64,000 nucleotides of DNA from positions 105,037 through 169,036 of the forward strand of contig JBJYXV010000063.1 in the NCBI GenBank assembly GCA_046260155.1. The letters run 5' to 3'. The notes beneath the pieces were generated by a model, which saw only the letters and a list, made by a program, of their open reading frames with translations, made no database searches and was not told the DNA's origin. Origin of the DNA: Anaerolineales bacterium. GTDB taxonomy: Bacteria > Chloroflexota > Anaerolineae > Anaerolineales > UBA4823. Below are positions 47,890-56,880 of this stretch, one piece after another (positions within the stretch are counted from its first letter, which is position 1; each line of letters begins with the position of its first letter). The translations under genes were made by a program, and so were the position numbers.

Positions 47890-50800
47890 ATGAAAATATA
47901 TCTGACGATTAATGGAAAAACACAGCAGGTTGAAATTTTACCTGGCGCCAGTTTGTTAAATACTCTGCGCTCAATGGGTTTTGTCGGTGCAAAGCATGGC
48001 TGTGAAACCGGAGAATGCGGGGCATGTACCGTGTTGCTGGATTCCCGCCCGATTAATGCCTGTGTATTTCTAACCGCCCAGGCAGAAGGTCATGTTATTG
48101 AAACGATTGAATCAATGGGAGAACATCCAGAGCAGGGATGGAAAACCACTACTGGTCTGCATGCTCTTCAGGAAGCTTTTGTCGAGAGCGGTGCAATTCA
48201 ATGTGGCTATTGCACCCCCGCCATGCTGTTGGCTGCAAAAGAACTCCTTGACCGGAATGAGAATCCGAGTGAAGATGATGTACGAGAGGTTTTCTCCGGG
48301 ATTTTATGTCGTTGTACAGGCTATCTAAAACCGGTTCAAGCAGTTCTGAGAGCAGCTGCTGCCGCCCGGGGGGAAGCAATCGAACCGATAGATGGTAAAT
48401 TAGAATCTCCACCGGATTGGTTTGGTCATGATGCAAACCTTTCTCCTGGTACTGGTAACATCCCAGATGAGGTAAAAGGAGACGAGATTTATGGTGGGGA
48501 GGTGATTGCACCGGCAAAGGTTATGCCGCGAATAGAGCTAACCCCTGAAACCGAAGGCTGGCACCGGGTGGGTAAACCAGAGGTAAAAGTCGATGCTGTT
48601 AAGCTGGTTCAAGGTAAACCCGCTTTTACAGCTGATTACGATCGCCGGGGTATGTTGGTTGCGAAAGTACTGCACAGTCCAATTGCACATGCTCGAATAA
48701 AGAACATTGATAAATCCAAAGCGGAACAACTGCCAGGAGTTGCGGCTGTCCTCACTTGGCGAGATATCCCGCGGGTGGCGTACTCAACCGCAGGGCAGTC
48801 AGATCCCATACCCGGGCCATTAGATTCATTTTCCCTGGATAATAAAGTCAGGTTTGTTGGAGATCGAGTAGCCTTTGTTGCCGCTGAAACTGAGCAGATA
48901 GCGCTCAGTGCTCTTGAGCTGATCGAGGTTGAATATGAACCTCTCGAAGCGATCCTCGATCCGCAAAAAGCCCTTCAACCAGGTGCACCAATCATCCATG
49001 ACGAACCAGAGTATGTGGATTTTGCAGAATCAGATGCGACCAGAAATTTAGCCGCCGAAATCCGCATCGATATTGGGAATGTCGAGCAGGGTTTCGTGGA
49101 AGCAGATTTTATCTACGAAGGGGAGTATGAGGTCCCAAAAGTTCAGCAAGCGCATATTGAACCTCATGTATCGGTTTCTTATTGGGATGAGGATGATCGG
49201 TTGGTTATCGTCTCGAGCACCCAGGTACCTTTTCACGCCCGGCGCCAGCTGGCACCCGTATTGGGTTTACCGATCAAGCGGATACGGGTGATCAAACCTC
49301 GCATTGGTGGTGGATTTGGAGGGAAACAGGAGATATTGAGCGAGGATGTAGCTGCTCACCTCACTATTGCAACGGGAAAACCGGTGATCTATGAATACAC
49401 GCGAGAAGAAGAATTCATCGCGGCCAGATCACGCCATCCAATGCGAATAAAAATGAAGACCGGGGTTAAAGCAGATGGCACGATTACGGCGAATGCGATG
49501 TATGCCCTATCGGATACCGGTGCTTATGGTGGTCATGCGCTCACAGTGACTGGCAATACAGGGCACAAAGCGATGGCTCTATATGTGGGTGATGGCAAAT
49601 ATCGCGAGTCCCCGAATATCCAATTTTATGCAGATATTGTGTATACAAACCATCCACCGGCTGGGGCCTACCGTGGTTATGGGGTCCCCCAGGGATTTTG
49701 GGCAGTTGAAAGGCACATGGAGAAAATTGCCCGAGATCTGAAATTGGATCCAATCGATTTCCGCTTGAAAAATACGTTACGGCAGGGAGAACTGCAGCCG
49801 TTCAGCACTGCCTGGAGTGAAGGAAGGGAACCGCAACCGGAAGTGATTGCTACCTGTGCATTAGATCAGTGTGTTCAACAAGGGAAAGCAGCACTGGGTT
49901 GGGATCAAAAATTTAACAATACGCAGTGGAAAGCAGTACCTGGAAAGCCATATCTTAAACGCGGAGTAGGTGTTGCTCTCGTCATGCAGGGAACCGCAAT
50001 ACCATACCTGGATATGGGAGGGGCAAGCATAAAAATGAATGATGATGCTTCGTTTAATCTCCTGGTAGGCGCAACAGATTTGGGCACCGGGTCTGATACA
50101 GTTCTTGCTCAAATGGCAGCTGAGGTTTTAGGAGTGGGTGTGGATGACATCCTCGTCTATTCCTCGGATACAGATTTCACTCCTTTTGATAAAGGTGCCT
50201 ACGCATCGTCGACGACTTACATTTCCGGCGCAGCAGTTGTTCGCGCTGCTGAAGCAGCTGCAGAGAGGATTAAATCACGCGCAGCAAGCATGTTTAATGA
50301 GGATAGCGAGGAAGGACCGCTGGATGCCGGAGATATCCAATTGGTTAATCGCCAAGCAGTCTCTCCTGATGGACGCACAATTTCACTGAAAGATATCGCT
50401 CTTGAAACCCTTCATCACAAAGATCAGGAACAAATCATGGGGATTGGCTCATTTATGTCTCCCGTAGCTCCTCCTCCATTTGCCGCCCAATTTGCTGAGG
50501 TAACGGTGGATGTCGAGACAGGGCAGGTCGTGGTTGATAAACTGGTGATGGCGGTTGACTCAGGTGTGATCATAAATCCATTGACAGCTTCTGGTCAGAT
50601 CGAAGGTGGCATGACCCAGTCGCTTGGGTATGCAGTCAGCGAAGAGATGGTTTACGATGATAAAGGATACCCAAGGGAAACAGATCTTCGAGATTACCAT
50701 ATTTTTCACGCCCACGAAATGCCGGAATTAAGCACAATCTTCGTTGAGACCTTTGAACCCTCTCACCCATTTGGGGTGAAGGCGGTTGCTGAGATTCCCA

Positions 50801-50913
50801 TGGATGGCGTAGCACCAGCAGTCGGTAACGCAGTATTCGATGCGGCAGGGGTGAATATTGATCAGAACCCGATCACACCAGAAAAAATCTGGCTTGCGCT
50901 TCAGAAAAAATGA
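47890..50913 (+). CDS. xdhD: Fused 2x[2Fe-2S]-molybdopterin hydroxylase (XdhD/YgfN-like)
   Basis: GCETGECGAC, QCGYC, CRCTGY; GGGFGGKQ, AYRGYG, AYASS, K.VAE. Confidence 0.85.
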   Translation: MKIYLTINGKTQQVEILPGASLLNTLRSMGFVGAKHGCETGECGACTVLLDSRPINACVFLTAQAEGHVIETIESMGEHPEQGWKTTTGLHALQEAFVESGAIQCGYCTPAMLLAAKELLDRNENPSEDDVREVFSGILCRCTGYLKPVQAVLRAAAAARGEAIEPIDGKLESPPDWFGHDANLSPGTGNIPDEVKGDEIYGGEVIAPAKVMPRIELTPETEGWHRVGKPEVKVDAVKLVQGKPAFTADYDRRGMLVAKVLHSPIAHARIKNIDKSKAEQLPGVAAVLTWRDIPRVAYSTAGQSDPIPGPLDSFSLDNKVRFVGDRVAFVAAETEQIALSALELIEVEYEPLEAILDPQKALQPGAPIIHDEPEYVDFAESDATRNLAAEIRIDIGNVEQGFVEADFIYEGEYEVPKVQQAHIEPHVSVSYWDEDDRLVIVSSTQVPFHARRQLAPVLGLPIKRIRVIKPRIGGGFGGKQEILSEDVAAHLTIATGKPVIYEYTREEEFIAARSRHPMRIKMKTGVKADGTITANAMYALSDTGAYGGHALTVTGNTGHKAMALYVGDGKYRESPNIQFYADIVYTNHPPAGAYRGYGVPQGFWAVERHMEKIARDLKLDPIDFRLKNTLRQGELQPFSTAWSEGREPQPEVIATCALDQCVQQGKAALGWDQKFNNTQWKAVPGKPYLKRGVGVALVMQGTAIPYLDMGGASIKMNDDASFNLLVGATDLGTGSDTVLAQMAAEVLGVGVDDILVYSSDTDFTPFDKGAYASSTTYISGAAVVRAAEAAAERIKSRAASMFNEDSEEGPLDAGDIQLVNRQAVSPDGRTISLKDIALETLHHKDQEQIMGIGSFMSPVAPPPFAAQFAEVTVDVETGQVVVDKLVMAVDSGVIINPLTASGQIEGGMTQSLGYAVSEEMVYDDKGYPRETDLRDYHIFHAHEMPELSTIFVETFEPSHPFGVKAVAEIPMDGVAPAVGNAVFDAAGVNIDQNPITPEKIWLALQKK

Positions 50914-50963
50914 AGCATGAATTGATGCTATCGGAAAGAGAGACTAGTCAAGAAAAGAGGCGA

Positions 50964-52307
50964 ATGTCCAAGATTTACGTTATCGGTCATGTTAACCCTG
51001 ATACTGACTCAATCGCTTCAGCTATGGGATATGCCTGGTTCTTGCACGAGCTGAATGGTGAGGATATAGAGGCAGCCAGGGCAGGCCCAGTAAATCCTCA
51101 AACCAGTTGGGTGCTGAAGAGATTGGCCATGGACGCTCCAATCTTAATCAATGATGCATCCCCAAAATTTGAGTCTGTATCTGTCCGCTTGGATTCCACT
51201 GCTCCGGACGAACCATTAAGAACAGCCTGGGCTATTGCCAGTCGAACCTGGGGAGTAGCCCCGATCGTAAAGGAAGATGGTACACCCTATGGTTTGGTCA
51301 ACGGGCCCAGTTTGTTTGCCTTGCTGAGCACTCTTGTTGGACCTCATCCTCGTAGCCAGGAAATGCAGCTATCAGATATTCTGGATTTACCTTGCCGAGA
51401 TGCAGCGAGTACCAACATACCCAGTTTTCAGGGATCAAGCCGGATCAGAGATTCATTATTGAGAATTTTACGGGCTGAGGGAGATGATTTCTGGGTTGTA
51501 GATGGCCAGGGCAAGTACATCGGTGTCTGCAGACAGCGGGAGGTACTCAATCCACCACGCTTAAGATTGATCCTGGTTGATCACAATGAGCCGAACCAGG
51601 CGATTGGGGCATTAGAAGAAGCTGAGCTGGTTGAGATTCTTGACCACCACCGGCTGGGAAATAATTCAACCCATGTTCCCATTCGGTTTACGATCGATGT
51701 GGTTGGCAGCACCAGTACCCTGGTTACAGAGCGAATTCATGAATCTGGTCTGAGTGCACCACCCGATTTAGCTGGATTATTGCTGGCAGGGTTATTATCA
51801 GACACATTATTGTTTCACTCTCCAACAACCACTGATCGGGATAAAATTGCTGCAGAACGCCTGGCTCGCTGGGCATTTATCACTGGATCTCCATTAGAGG
51901 GAGAATCAGTAGACTCTTATGGCCAGCAGGTAATCAAGGCAGGGTCTGGTATTACAAGTCGTGAACCCGACCAGGTAGTGAGTAATGATATCAAGGTGTA
52001 CCAAGCCGGTGGGCTGGATTTTGCAATTGCCCAGGCCGAGGTGACTGATCTGCTTCTGCTCAAGGAGCAGTTACCCTCGTTGAAACAAGCGCTCTTTGAT
52101 CTCAAGGATAAACGTGGATTGGATTTCGCCATGTTGATGGTGACGGATGTTGTGGGAGGATCGAGCCGGTTGCTCCTCACTGATGAGCTACCGCTCCTGG
52201 GGGATTTGCCTTACCCGAAATTACCTGATGGCACCCTGATGGCTGAAGATGTCGTATCCCGGAAAAAGCAACTTTTACCGGTGGTCCTCGGGCTGCTCGA
52301 AAGCTAA
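50964..52307 (+). CDS. ppaC: Family II Mn-dependent pyrophosphatase with CBS-like insert
   Basis: GH.NPDTDSI, LVDHNE, DHH, SDTL.F.SPT.T, SRKKQ. Confidence 0.88.
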   Translation: MSKIYVIGHVNPDTDSIASAMGYAWFLHELNGEDIEAARAGPVNPQTSWVLKRLAMDAPILINDASPKFESVSVRLDSTAPDEPLRTAWAIASRTWGVAPIVKEDGTPYGLVNGPSLFALLSTLVGPHPRSQEMQLSDILDLPCRDAASTNIPSFQGSSRIRDSLLRILRAEGDDFWVVDGQGKYIGVCRQREVLNPPRLRLILVDHNEPNQAIGALEEAELVEILDHHRLGNNSTHVPIRFTIDVVGSTSTLVTERIHESGLSAPPDLAGLLLAGLLSDTLLFHSPTTTDRDKIAAERLARWAFITGSPLEGESVDSYGQQVIKAGSGITSREPDQVVSNDIKVYQAGGLDFAIAQAEVTDLLLLKEQLPSLKQALFDLKDKRGLDFAMLMVTDVVGGSSRLLLTDELPLLGDLPYPKLPDGTLMAEDVVSRKKQLLPVVLGLLES

Positions 52308-52331
52308 CTCACTATATAGGATCGGGTATTT

Positions 52332-53108
52332 ATGTCTATCTGGCAGGCGATAGCAGATCTTGAAGAGAAACATGAAGCAGGAGTGCTGTGCACGATCATT
52401 CGCAGTCAGGGATCTACTCCACGTCATGCAGGCAGCAAGATGCTGGTCTATGCTGATGGGAATATAATTGGAAGTGTAGGAGGAGGGGAATTAGAAAGGA
52501 GGACGATCTCTGCAGCACTCGACCTCATGCTGATCGGTAGACCGGGTTGGTTGGATTACAACTTGAGCGAACCTGAACTGGGAGACCCTGGTGTGTGTGG
52601 GGGTCAAGTGGAGATTTACATGGAACCAATTATTCCTAAGCCAACGCTAGTGGTTGTCGGTGCAGGTCATGTAGGACAAGCAGTCGCCCATCTGGCGCAT
52701 TGGTTGGATTTTCGGCTGGTGATCAGCGACGATAGACCAGAATTTTGCACGCCAGAGAATATCCCCAACGCTGATCAATATTTTCCCATCCCATTACCAG
52801 AATTCACAGAAAAATTTAAGATTACACCCTGGACATATCTCGTACTGACCACGCGCAGTGTGGATGTTGATGTCCCGGGATTACCCGGGATACTCAGTTC
52901 TCCCGCAGCTTACATTGGAGTGATTGGCTCGCGGCGTCGATGGGAAACAACGCGCAAGCAGCTGGAAGAAGCGGGGATTAAACCAGAAAAAATAAATCGA
53001 GTCCGATCTCCAGTTGGTATTGAAATCCATGCAGAAACTCCTCAAGAAATCGCAGTCAGTATTATGGCAGAGATTATTCAAATCAGGCATGCAAGTGAGG
53101 CCACATGA
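52332..53108 (+). CDS. XdhC/CoxI-family Moco insertion chaperone
   Basis: GSTPR..GSKM, GSVGGG..E, CGG, GAGHV, YIG.IGS, ETP.EIA.SI.AE. Confidence 0.92.
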   Translation: MSIWQAIADLEEKHEAGVLCTIIRSQGSTPRHAGSKMLVYADGNIIGSVGGGELERRTISAALDLMLIGRPGWLDYNLSEPELGDPGVCGGQVEIYMEPIIPKPTLVVVGAGHVGQAVAHLAHWLDFRLVISDDRPEFCTPENIPNADQYFPIPLPEFTEKFKITPWTYLVLTTRSVDVDVPGLPGILSSPAAYIGVIGSRRRWETTRKQLEEAGIKPEKINRVRSPVGIEIHAETPQEIAVSIMAEIIQIRHASEAT

Positions 53109-53189
53109 TTAAATTTGGGTTGCTGCGAATTGCAGTCTTGAACTTCCTGTGGACCAGCTTCAGTCGATCAAGTATTTATGGAGATGCTC

Positions 53190-54635
53190 ATGTGGAATGA
53201 ATACCACAATGTAACTAGTGTTGAAGAAGCATTGGAAATCTTGGCTAGAAATCGGGAGAAAGCTCGAATTATCGCTGGAGCAACAGACTTGATCTTAGAA
53301 ATGGAAAGAGGAATTCGAGTCGGTATTGACACTGTCGTTGATGTGACAAGGATTCCCGGCTTGGATGAGATCATCTTGGATGAGCATGGTGTTATTCATC
53401 TTGGCCCACTGGTCACACATAATGACTGTGCCGCATCTAAAATTATTCGTGAAAAAGCTTTACCCCTGGCACAAGCAGCATGGGAGGTAGGATCTCCTCA
53501 AATCCGAAATCGAGGTACCATTGCCGGGAATTTAATCACAGCTTCTCCGGCAAATGATACGATCACTCCTCTCATGGCCCTCGGTGCCCTGGTTACCTTA
53601 CGTTCGCAAACAAAAGAGCGCGTGGTTCCATTGAGCAGGTTCTACCAGGGGGTAAGAAAGACAATCATGCAGCCTGATGAAATGTTAGTAGATATATCAT
53701 TTCCGTCACTGGATTCAAAGTCTTCGGGGGTGTTCATTAAACTGGCTCTGAGGCAAGCACAAGCAATATCCCTGGTCAATGTGGCAGTCGTGCTGGAATT
53801 CTCTGAAACGAAGGCTGCTTCAAATGAAGAACGAACAGTTAAAAATGCCGCTATTACACTGGGTGCTGTCGCTCCGGTAATCATCCACGCAAAAGATGCC
53901 GAAGAATTTATCACCGGACATCAACTGGAAGAGCAGATATTAGAAAAGACAGCCAAACTGGCGGAAGGATCAGCGACTCCTATCGATGATGTGCGCAGCT
54001 CAGCTGATTACCGTCGTGAAATGGTGAGGGTATGTACTTTGAGGGCCTTGCGAGAAATCGCAAAAGGTGAAGTATCCCTTAGAATTCCCGAAAATCCTGT
54101 CCTCTTACGAGGTAGAAATGAACATGGAAACGGAAAGGTACTCAAAACTTATTCTCAGCATTTAAATGAGTCCTCCCGGATCAGCACTAAGATCAATGGC
54201 CAGGAATATGTATTCAGAAATCAGCATCAAAAGAGTTTGCTCCATCTCCTTCGGGATGATGCTGGGTTGATCGGGACTAAAGAGGGATGTGCTGAGGGTG
54301 AATGTGGAGCCTGTACTGTATTCCTGGATGGCACGGCAGTGATGAGCTGTTTGGTACCAGCAGCCCGGGCAGATGGCGCAGAAATTGTAACTATCGAGGG
54401 TGTGTCTATGGATGGGGAACTGCATCCGATTCAGAAAGGTTTTATTGAAGAAGGTGCGGTTCAATGTGGTTATTGCACGCCTGGTTTCATCATGTCTGGT
54501 GTCAAGCTACTCGAAGAACGACCACATCCAACAGAGGAAGAGATTCGCCAGTCAATAACCGGTAATCTTTGCCGCTGTACTGGTTATTACAAAATCATCT
54601 CTGCGATTGAAAATGCAAGCCGGTCGGAGGGTTAA
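53190..54635 (+). CDS. Fused FAD-binding plus 2x[2Fe-2S] subunit of a xanthine dehydrogenase-family enzyme
   Basis: IAGATDL, QIRNRGTIAGN...SPA.D, DD.RS..YR, then GC.EGECGAC, QCGYC, CRCTGY. Confidence 0.92.
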   Translation: MWNEYHNVTSVEEALEILARNREKARIIAGATDLILEMERGIRVGIDTVVDVTRIPGLDEIILDEHGVIHLGPLVTHNDCAASKIIREKALPLAQAAWEVGSPQIRNRGTIAGNLITASPANDTITPLMALGALVTLRSQTKERVVPLSRFYQGVRKTIMQPDEMLVDISFPSLDSKSSGVFIKLALRQAQAISLVNVAVVLEFSETKAASNEERTVKNAAITLGAVAPVIIHAKDAEEFITGHQLEEQILEKTAKLAEGSATPIDDVRSSADYRREMVRVCTLRALREIAKGEVSLRIPENPVLLRGRNEHGNGKVLKTYSQHLNESSRISTKINGQEYVFRNQHQKSLLHLLRDDAGLIGTKEGCAEGECGACTVFLDGTAVMSCLVPAARADGAEIVTIEGVSMDGELHPIQKGFIEEGAVQCGYCTPGFIMSGVKLLEERPHPTEEEIRQSITGNLCRCTGYYKIISAIENASRSEG

Positions 54636-54636
54636 G

Positions 54637-54990
54637 ATGACAAAATACGATCCAACCTACCAACCTAAAAGCCGCAGGTCAATCATACCTCCGGTACATC
54701 CAGTTTGGCGCGGTATCGGATGTTTGTTATTGGTTTTGTTACCGATCATCTCGTTTGCTGGTGCAAAATTATTGGTCCAGGCAAATTCACGCCAGCGATG
54801 GGTTCAAATGCCAAGTGAACTAACGAACTCATTTATTGTTCCAGTGATCGGTCGCGTCTTTTTTGCTGATCTTGCATTAGCAGTGATCCTGATTGTGATT
54901 GGGTTTGCCATCATCACTGTCGCGTATGCGATCATCTACCGGATCATTGGCATCCCAAGATTTGGTCCGCTGGATTCCCCTCCCGGTTAA
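54637..54990 (+). CDS. Small two-TM hypothetical protein
   Basis: GGAGG SD; HPVWRGIGC then two hydrophobic helices. Confidence 0.75.
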   Translation: MTKYDPTYQPKSRRSIIPPVHPVWRGIGCLLLVLLPIISFAGAKLLVQANSRQRWVQMPSELTNSFIVPVIGRVFFADLALAVILIVIGFAIITVAYAIIYRIIGIPRFGPLDSPPG

Positions 54991-55016
54991 CGAATTCATA
55001 AAGGTTATCCCTCTGT

Positions 55017-56714
55017 ATGGAAAGAACTGTACCAAGCACTGCATCTGATGAGATAGATCTTTATCAGAGAACATATTATTCGTTACTGCGTTCTACCGCT
55101 GAAGTCCAGATAAGGACCCTTGAAGAAGCGCATGTGCACATGAAATCCTTGCTTCACCCAAACGCTCAGGGTTCTGCTCCAGACCTCTCTGCTTTAGTTT
55201 ATTCAATTCTGAGATTACCCCCTATCATGCACCATATCCAGCTTGTTGTACTGGGGCAGAGCCGCGAGATTTTCGAGAAGCGTGGTTTTGGGGATGTGGA
55301 AACCTGGCAGCAAGTATTTGCCCCCGCAAGGCGCAGGCGATGTTTCTATGATGGAGGGGATACACTTGCCTGTTATATCGCCAGCCGATCCGATATTGAT
55401 GATATTGTCCCATTATTGACAGCCTATCAGGTTGAGTGGAATAAATTTAACAACCTGTTGCAGACTCTGCCGAAATCAATTGACCTTTCCAGGATCGAGC
55501 ATGATCCAGAGACATTCAATACTGTAGCGAAGATCTTAGAGATCAGTGAAAATGATCTTACCCAATTACGGTCATTAATGGGAGATGCGTTTTCTCATAT
55601 CTTACTAGAGATGTCTGCACGACCCAGCCGGTTACGATTGCTCTTGCTATCGGGATCATTGAGTGATTACTGGCGCGCTACGCGCATCTGGTGGGAAAAC
55701 ATCGAAATGCAGTGCCCTAATTTGCGCGATCGCCCGGTTTATTTCATCTCCAGCAATACGCATAGTGTGGTCAACCTTCTTTCAGGATCGGCCCTGCAGC
55801 ATAGAAGCGAGCTCTTATCTTTTATTGATAAAAGCGAAAAAAGTGGTTTGGCAAAAGAATGGTCAAAGATAAAGGAAGATCGTGTTCCATCCAACCAGGA
55901 AAATTTCTTTTACTATGTGTTTAAAGAATTTTCGGAAACAGCTGAAGGCAGGCAAATTCAGGAATTAATCGAAGAAAATGAATTAGAGTTAGGAATTCAG
56001 CGCGTGCCGAGCTTGCATAGTTTTGACGTGGAGGCCCAGGTGATCGATCTTTCCAGGCTCGATACCGCTGTCATGGACCCACGCTTGGGTGAGCAGCTTG
56101 AATTCTTATCAAAGAGTGATGCACTGATCCTGAATATTGATTACCCACTCGGTATGGCAGCCTATAATATCCTGACCAAGATTTCTGCTGAAGTTGGGGA
56201 TATTCTGGGTGTTTATGTTACAGGAAAAGCAGCCACATTGAATGGTGTCAACGGCGATGTGATGATACCTACGGTGGTGCAGGATGAACAATCCCACAAC
56301 ACCTATTTATTTCCGAATTCATTTACTGCTGCTGATGTAACACCCTATGTGATTTACGGTGCTATTCTTGACAATCAAAAAGCGGTCACTGTTCGTGGTA
56401 CTTTTCTGCAGAACGATGAGTACATGGATGTTTTTTATCGGGAAGGCTACACGGATATTGAAATGGAGGCAGGTCCTTACCTCTCGGCTGTTTATGAAAT
56501 GTACCGACCTCAACGCCATCCTGTTAACGAAGTCCTGAATCTGTACGGGATCCCATTTGATTTAGGAATCCTGCACTATGCCTCAGATACTCCCTTGAGT
56601 AAAGGCAGGAATCTTGGCGCGGGCAGCATGTCCTATTATGGGATGGACTCCACCTATGGAGTCACCATTGCGATATTGAGAAGAATTTTCGATTCTGAGA
56701 GAAAAAGAATTTGA
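55017..56714 (+). CDS. Uncharacterised protein (possibly DUF6909) with C-terminal nucleoside phosphorylase/AMP nucleosidase-like motifs
   Basis: TGKAATLNG..GDV.IP, DIEMEAG, HYASDTPL. Confidence 0.65.
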   Translation: MERTVPSTASDEIDLYQRTYYSLLRSTAEVQIRTLEEAHVHMKSLLHPNAQGSAPDLSALVYSILRLPPIMHHIQLVVLGQSREIFEKRGFGDVETWQQVFAPARRRRCFYDGGDTLACYIASRSDIDDIVPLLTAYQVEWNKFNNLLQTLPKSIDLSRIEHDPETFNTVAKILEISENDLTQLRSLMGDAFSHILLEMSARPSRLRLLLLSGSLSDYWRATRIWWENIEMQCPNLRDRPVYFISSNTHSVVNLLSGSALQHRSELLSFIDKSEKSGLAKEWSKIKEDRVPSNQENFFYYVFKEFSETAEGRQIQELIEENELELGIQRVPSLHSFDVEAQVIDLSRLDTAVMDPRLGEQLEFLSKSDALILNIDYPLGMAAYNILTKISAEVGDILGVYVTGKAATLNGVNGDVMIPTVVQDEQSHNTYLFPNSFTAADVTPYVIYGAILDNQKAVTVRGTFLQNDEYMDVFYREGYTDIEMEAGPYLSAVYEMYRPQRHPVNEVLNLYGIPFDLGILHYASDTPLSKGRNLGAGSMSYYGMDSTYGVTIAILRRIFDSERKRI

Positions 56715-56821
56715 ATTGTTGGGGATGTCATTAATACAAAAGCAGGGGAAAGCCAGCAATCCAATTTGGGCAGAAGGGATTGCAGGTACTCTCGAAATCC
56801 ACGAGATACGGAATACCACAG

Positions 56822-56863
56822 AAAAAGTGGCTATCCTGATCTTCCAGGACAGCCACTTTTTTT
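56822..56863. terminator. Bidirectional intrinsic terminator
   Basis: AAAAAGTGGCT.TCCTG/CAGGACAGCCACTTTTTTT between convergent genes. Confidence 0.85.
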
Positions 56864-56880
56864 ATGAAAGGGAAGGTTGA

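Noticed and set aside
47890-50913. Selenate reductase or CO dehydrogenase label
   Set aside because: Xanthine-oxidase-family motifs; lacks the CoxL AYxCSFR loop; the selenate reductase name for YgfN-like proteins is a legacy annotation.
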